A stretch of DNA of 58,571 nt, taken from Kudoa neothunni. Its lineage: Eukaryota; Animalia; Cnidaria. Under the pieces are notes generated by a model. That model worked only from the letters and a program-made list of their open reading frames with translations. It ran no database searches and was not told where the DNA came from. Location: positions 11,763,708 to 11,822,278 of the forward strand of contig OZ199839.1 of assembly GCA_964304625.1 (NCBI GenBank). Reading direction: 5' to 3'. Below are positions 52,679 through 58,571 of the stretch, one piece after another (the stretch's first letter is position 1; each line of letters opens with the position of its first letter). The position numbers were made by a program, and so were the translations under genes.

Positions 52679-54985
52679 CTGCACGTACCTAATTTAAACG
52701 TGCTATTCTTGTTTAATTACAGAGATACCTCATCAGATTCTGTTGACTCTTACATTGATTACTTAAAGTATGATGTACCCTCGTCAGTTCGCATATTTTC
52801 TCGTTGCGGAGAGCATAAAAAATATATCTGAAAATCGTTTTGTGAAATAATCGCTGTTTGTAATTATTTTGTGTTTCTTGTTGACATTACATCGCGTTGT
52901 TTACAATATGATAAATTGCCATAAAATTTTTAAATTATTTGTTTAGATTAAAAAAGGCAATGGCTATTGCAACGGGAGTAAATTACTCCCAAACTAACAT
53001 GTTTATAAAAATTTCAACTTTATTTTCCTAATAAATAATTTTTTCGCTTAATAATTTCTAATCTATGGGAGAGTATGGTGGAATTTTACAGGCTGTTACA
53101 GGAAATTGAGCCATTACATAACGTCATTTTGATTTGATAGATCACCGAAATAATAACATAAGCTTTCTGATACAATAAACTATTGTAATTGCAAAAATTT
53201 ACTGTAATCGTATGCTTTCTGTAATAGGAATTACCAAGTGCAGGAGCACGCGCTATTATGTAAGACTTAGTAAACTAATGGTATTGGTTCCTCTGTTGGT
53301 TAACATCTCTCTGATTTTATACGTTCTATTATTGAAAATTATAACCTTATTTCTTAAATATTTTTTTTCATAGTTTATAAGACGAATTATTTGTACTAAT
53401 GTATAACTCTTTCTATTTAAAGCTATGTTTCAATTTATAAAAACGATAATAATTTTGTATTTAGATTGATTTATGTTGAACAAGGGGATCTTAAAAATTG
53501 ATTATCAGCTAAACATATTGTAGTTATTAAGAAACAATAACAATAATAAGTTGGATGAAATTTTAAATTGATGTAATGCCACTTACTTAATTTTGTACAG
53601 TACATGTTTAGTATCTAAAAATTCCGGCGATATAAATGAAATCCAGTTAAGCGAAATATTCTCGAACAATAAATCTCTAAGCATTATTACAGCTAGTAAG
53701 TATTATATGTAAATGAAGATTTAGATTTATCACATAGAAACCCATTTTTATAAAACTAAAATAGTATTATTGAATTCTCATCAAATAAACCATCAGCTTG
53801 GTCTTAAGGCAAAAACAACCTATTTTTGGAAGAATAATTCGTAGTAAGCAAGAAAACCATTTCGAAATCTTAGGATGTGTATACATTATCGTGAGTTAAT
53901 TTATTATGATTTGGTATTATCTTGTCCATCTAAAGTAAAGAGCGCTGAGCGTCTACATTAATAACTGTTGGTATTTCTATAAAGAAGAAAAAATAAAAAA
54001 TTTGATTATATGCTTGAAATAACGATTCTCAATGGAAATAAAAAATTCCCTTTGTGTTATTAATAGCCGAATATATTGCAGTATGATAAAAATAATGTAT
54101 CGTTATATAGCGAAAAGATAGATCATTTTACATGTAGAATATTAGACTCTAAAAAGTAAAAATATACCATTTTAGGGGTTATGTAAACAATGCATTATTT
54201 ATTATCTTAGGAGTTATAACGCTGCTTGAATCATATGCATCCCAGTAAATTAATTTACATCAATAATTTTTGATATATCACTTTGTATTATACATATTAC
54301 TCAGAATTCGGAAAAAAATAATTACATTTATAAGTTAAAAATTGCTAATGGAGGAATTAAAAATAATTTTTTACCACCAAATTCATTACCATCAATAAGA
54401 AAATTTGATGTCTTGGATTTCTTTTATAATAGTTTAGGTTTTTAGGGAAAAATCATTTTTTAGGAAATTGAAGTTGAAATTTTTATAAACATGTTAGTTT
54501 AGGAGTAGTTTCCTCCTGTTGCAATAGACAATCCGAACATGCGGATTAAACGGATCCTTTGCAATATCCATTGCCATTAAAAAAACCACATCAATAAACT
54601 TACAAATATAATATTTCTAATGTAACGTATCAACGTGAAAATGTACGCATTCGCAAACAATAAGTAACCTTAATAATTGAATATTTATTCCAAATCTGCC
54701 AACTGAATTTTTCTCATATTTCATCAATTAGTGCTAAATAAATTTTTGAAAACAATTGTATGAAATTAAAACGTGTGGTGCATGTATACTCCATTTTTAT
54801 CCGAAGCGTGTAGATTTTTTAACTACTTAGAGTGTAAAGAATTTTGAGTTCATTATGTCTTGCAAAGATATTATATGAATGGGTTAAGATTTTTAATTTT
54901 ATAAGTCCATTCCGGATAAGGCCAGGATTTCGCGCTAACTATACATATATTTTTATGTTACTATTTCACCATCACTGTAATTTAG

Positions 54986-57655
54986 AAAGATTCAGCTATG
55001 AAATGGAATATTATTGGGATTCTCAAAACCTGAATATTAAATTGATACTAAATTCAACACAGACATATCCAAATTTAAATCTTAATATCTTATTGCGTGA
55101 GGAGAATCAAAGGAAAGAAAATGCAACACCGCTATACAAAGATATTGTTTGTACTACAAATATATGCAGCTGGGAATTGGAAAATGTCCGCTCAAAAAAA
55201 AATCTGATTTTAACGTTTTCTTCGGGAGAACTTATCAGTCCTGTTTCCTATTTTATCATGAATGGTAAATTATCACTAGTAGCATGTTAATATTTTTTAT
55301 TTCCTAAAATGTTTAGATACATGCTCATTCTCTGGTGTTAAGCAAAATTTTGGGTCCACAGGCGACGTTTCTCTAATAATAAATGTAACAGATGCTCAAC
55401 TAAATGAGTTAGAAGTCAATTTTTCTGTGTACGAAACGACTGTAGAGAACACAGAAGTAGTGCTAAAATCTACTGAAGTGATTCCTTGCAATAGATATGA
55501 ATGCATTTTGGATATTTCAAGCCTATCACACATAAAAATCTATGATGTTCTTTTAAGTATGCCGAATTGCAGCCATAAAATGAAGTTCAAAATAAAGAAT
55601 TGTATGATTTTTATAAAAATTTATTAATTAATTTTGTCTATCAGCCCCAAGCACTTACAAACTAGAATACAGTTATGACAATCCTATCTCCAATAAAGCT
55701 ATTCTTAACGTACAATTGGAACTTACATTGCCCTATGAAATAATTTTTTTGTATTGGACTTTAAAATCGAGTTCAAATTCAGTAATTGTTAAGAATTCAA
55801 TTACATATATCGATCTGATAAAACGCAACGGGGTATTTTCGTTTAAAATACCAGATATTGATATAGACTCGGAATATTACATTGATTTTTCATCTGATTA
55901 TCTTTTTGAAATGCCTCACCAAAATTTGATTGTTAAATGTATATTTACAAATTTATTTCATATTATAACTTTAATTAAGCGGAAATCGACTATGAAATAA
56001 TACCGAAATGGAACAATGGTCACTTCTCAATGGTACTAAAATTAAATGTGCCGATAAACAGATTAGACGTTAGTGGTGAATTATTCATCCTTAAAAGGAC
56101 GAATTCTAGCATAATTGTAAAAGATAAAATCACTTTCGATGAAGAATTATATTGTGATCAAGGCTTTTGCAACTATAACTTTGAAGAGGTGACCAAAAGA
56201 GAATATTTCAAAATCTCGGTCGATTCGTATTTATTAAAGCACAAGGAGCCATTTATTATCAATAAAGGTAAATTATTATTAAATAATTTGGATCTTCAAA
56301 AAATTTGTTTAGAACCTACCACGTTTAGTATTAACCACAAATACGAAAATAAGGAATTGTTGGTTGAGTTTACGATGGAAAATGAACTTGAAGAGGTATT
56401 TATGAAATGGAGCCTTTTGGACACAGAAAACAATTCGATCAGTATTTCGAACAATCAGTACAAACAGATGGAGGTTGACAATAATAAATTTACCTTAAAT
56501 CTTGGAGAAATGGATAAAACTAAAAATTACAAATTAACTATTGAATCCGAAGAGCTTAGTGGGGATAAAGAATTTGTAATAGAAAGTAATAACTAAGAAA
56601 ATTATTATATATTCTTGTTTTTAAAAATAACATTGATGAAATATAATGAAAATATATTATCTAATCTAAAAAAAATTTTCCATGTTGAATTATAAATGAT
56701 AATTTTAGAGAGATTTGAATATGCATTAAAACATAAATGGAATTATCACAAACTCCAAATAATACTAGAAATTTCTTCGAGTGTACCTCAAGCAAGTCTT
56801 ACTATCGACTATTCCTATTATGAAAAAAATAAAAATATTGGTGATGCGATTAAAGATAAAAAAACAATTATATGCGAACAAAATATATGTACATTTGAAA
56901 TTGAAAAAATAAACTACAAAGTTGATCACATATTTACATTACATGCCCCAAATCTAGTCGATCACCTTCAGTATGAAATAAAGAGAGGTGATTCAAAACT
57001 CAACAATGTGTTTCCGTTTTCTTAATTTTATTATATTTAGAACCATGCCCATTGTCAAGTATACAACAAAAGTCGTTTGAAAACAATAATCTCACTCTGA
57101 TAATTCAACTTTTATCAGCATACGAAGAGTTAGTCTTTGATTATTCAGTTAACGGAGCAGATGAGGATACTAGCGTACTCACTCAGGGTTCAAATCAAAA
57201 GATATTATGCAAGTTGACTGAATGTGAATTTTCCATCCCAGGCGTAATACTTACAAAGTCTTATAATGTTGCTGTGAAAGTACCACTGTGTGAGAATGAC
57301 AGTATTCTATCAATTAAAAAAGGTATAACATATCATTCATAAAAATAATAAATTGTTCTAGCTCGAAGCGATTATACATTAGCATACAATTATCGCAAAG
57401 AAGGGTTCAATGAAGTTACACTTACTCTACAATTGCAGCTTTCACTTCCTTATGATAAAATCAAGTTGGGATGGTCTCTGAAAACAGGTTTGAATTCAAA
57501 GGTCATTAAGAGTTCATCTTCGATGACTGCGCTGACTAAAGAGGTTTCCTTATTTTCATTATCTATACCAGAAGTTGATATAAATAATGAATATACAATT
57601 GAGTTCATTTCCGAATACCTTGTGGAAAAAATAAACAGAAATATCCTAGTAGAAG
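54986..57655 (+). CDS. Modular protein exon cluster 3: exons 54986-55264, 55317-55601, 55645-55938, 55980-56267, 56313-56585, 56709-56987, 57041-57322, 57362-57655; open at both ends
   Basis: All exon lengths are multiples of 3 (273-294 nt) and all introns are GT-AG phase 1 (39-53 nt, one of 123 nt), with no stops. CxxxxC motifs (CTTNIC, CNRYEC, CDQGFC, CEQNIC, CKLTEC). Exons 6-8 repeat exons 1-3. Confidence 0.88.
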
Positions 57656-58571
57656 GTATATAATAATAAAGTTGTTTATTTCATTCGCATCTAACTATTT
57701 AATTAATACTATATTCATGATCTAATTTTAATAATATTCACTAATTTTTCCAATTAAACAATTAAGTAATAATTAGAGTATAATTATTGGATTCATGTAG
57801 CAAAATATTTTAAAAAATATAACATATTCATTAATATATAACATATTGAAATATTTTTCCTTCTTCATAATTGGTTATTTATGATTTATAAATATAAATT
57901 GTCACTAGTTTAACTAAATAGTCGTATGAATGTCAAAAAATAATAGTTATATGTTTAAATGTATAAAGAAAAATTTGTTTAATAATGTAATTGACAATAA
58001 TCAATGAGTTTTTAATTCAAAGCTTAACGAAAAATATATGAGAATAATATTTTTTAACAAAGGAAATTAATACCATCTATAAAAAGTATTTAATTCAACA
58101 TTTGTTAGTGCACACTTTTTTGTTTGTAAATAAGGTGTGTAGTAAAAATGAGGCATTGGCTATTACCACAGATCCATGTAACCTTCATCTTCGACACGGC
58201 TGTCGATTTCTCCATAATTAAAAACTTTATAAAAATATGATTTCACAACTTTAATGTTTAATTTTTTCCCTACAAACTCAAAAATTTTCGACAATTGATA
58301 ACATTCAATATTTCAACTAGAAAACTGTTTATTTAGTTTTCAAAACAAAATTTAAATTATTAATGTCATTTTCCGTTGTTCCTATAGTATGGATTTAACG
58401 AATTATAGGTGCCTGCATAACTACATTACATCCAAAGTGCGCGCTTCCGTGAGATTCCGTCCAATGAGTTTTGGATTTCCGTCCAAACTTTACAGGCTTC
58501 ACTAAATTTTAATCTATAAATTGTTGTACACACAAAACTCGCCATAACAATAATCGTGTAATAGTAATGAA

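Noticed and set aside
28973-54575. Repeated 60-bp motif as a CRISPR-like array
   Set aside because: Copies are kilobases apart, degenerate and in both orientations; there are no regular spacers or cas genes, and the context is eukaryotic.

Overview
AT-rich eukaryotic DNA with very short GT-AG introns (mostly about 39-60 nt). Base composition, intron size and transposon mix would fit a compact-intron parasite or invertebrate such as a myxozoan, but that is inference only. About two thirds of the window is decayed, often nested transposons: MULE x2, Ty3/Gypsy gag-protease, Merlin x2, Tc1/IS630, Helitron, piggyBac interrupted by a complete Ty1/copia, hAT x4-5 and pogo/Tigger x2. Host genes are surface/secreted-protein-like. 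(1) A ~1,280-aa intronless coiled-coil type-I membrane protein on the minus strand (15970-19799), broken by two +1 lesions. (2) The main signal: three clusters plus one lone exon on the plus strand (32407-57655) of one-exon-one-domain modules (~85-98 aa, beta-rich, many with a CxxxxC motif), almost all bounded by phase-1 introns. Cluster 3 shows a five-exon higher-order repeat. Splice phases are compatible with all clusters forming one ~25-kb combinatorially spliceable gene behind a single signal-peptide exon. There are also two long inverted repeats (229-1774 near-perfect; ~43390-45045 diverged) and a dispersed ~60-bp motif. No rRNA, tRNA or CRISPR was seen.
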